Of a stretch of DNA of 62,957 bases, positions 62,311 through 62,957 are shown piece by piece. Origin of the DNA: an uncultured Nitrospinota bacterium (GTDB lineage: Bacteria > Tectomicrobia > Entotheonellia > J063 > CAVPRW01). Below the pieces are notes generated by a model that ran no database searches, had not been told where the DNA came from, and saw nothing but the letters and a program-made list of their open reading frames with translations. The first letter of the stretch is position 1; every line of letters starts with the position of its first letter. The stretch spans positions 1 through 62,957 of the forward strand of contig CAVPRW010000036.1 in assembly GCA_963707985.1 (NCBI GenBank), in the 5' to 3' direction. The position numbers and the translations under genes are program-made.

Positions 62311-62957
62311 TCAGCCGCGGGCAGTCGCATCTCCTCCCAGCAGCGGGAAGAAGTGATGGGCGACATTCCTCAGGAGCGGGACGATGCTGCCCGGTTTGAG
62401 TTCCGCTCCGGGGTCGTCGAGCTCAGGTGGCAGCGTCACGCCCATTTCTTTCGCCTTCGCGATGAGTCCGGATGCTGCCGCCTTGCCCAGCTGGCTCAGG
62501 CTCGTGCCCACCTTCTCGAGGTCCATCGTCCACTCGGGCACGGGACGAGCTTTGACGGTCGCCCATGTCTCTGGGTCACGGGGCGTATCGAGCGAGAAGA
62601 CGTGGTCGAACGTGCGGGCCGAGGCGTCTCGCTGGGTGAACGCCTCGCCGAGCCCCCAGGTCTTGCGCAGCGTGGCGATGAGCGACGTGTGGCGGTGTTC
62701 TTCGTTGTACACCGATCCCGATTCGACCCATGGCGACACGATGATCGCGGGCACCCGGTACCCCGGAGCGGTCGAAGGTGAAGCCGAACTCGCCGGGCGG
62801 CGCCGAGGGATCGGGCGGCGGGACCGGCCCTGGCGGGACGTGGTGGTAGGTGCCCCCCGGTTCGTCCCAGCCGATCAGGAGCGCGGTGTTCCAGACGTTC
62901 GTGCCCGTCTCCGACGTGGCGGAGCGATAGACGGTGAACAGGCGCTCGAGGAAGGCC
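62311..62957 (-). CDS. Phosphoesterase/phospholipase C family protein, C-terminal part (runs off window; frameshift near 62760)
   Basis: NTALLIGWDEPGGTYHHVPP...FTFDRS...VPAIIVSPW...HTSLIATLRK.W.L...TQRDA.A. Confidence 0.8.

Overview
Bacterial genomic window, GC-rich, most likely from a long-read metagenomic assembly: many single-base frameshifts interrupt otherwise well-conserved genes, densest in the first 7 kb. The gene content (family-5 ABC substrate-binding proteins, five luciferase-like monooxygenases, MetE-like, MmgE/PrpD, acyl-CoA ligases, many TA modules) resembles Ca. Tectomicrobia/Entotheonella-like organisms; this taxonomy is inference only. Layout: sufBCD (minus); two ABC SBPs; a DUF433/DUF5615 TA pair; a 1263-aa nuclease-STAND NTPase (Avs-like defence candidate) followed by a solo MutS-domain-V ATPase; a catabolic/redox gene block; an ~8.4-kb stretch of IS remnants (28.2-36.6 kb) holding intact BrnTA and an AT-rich three-gene RelE-like toxin/DUF2283/DUF6941 module; further catabolic genes; a partly decayed mgtA/VIT1/glgP/glgX/treY stress-storage block containing a Tn7/Tn402-like transposon end interrupted by a 116-bp MITE; and an abrupt junction at ~60712 to a higher-GC, Actinobacteria-like segment. 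No rRNA, tRNA or CRISPR array was recognised. The best candidates for an undescribed system are the toxin/DUF2283(+tail)/DUF6941 triad and the Avs-like STAND protein.
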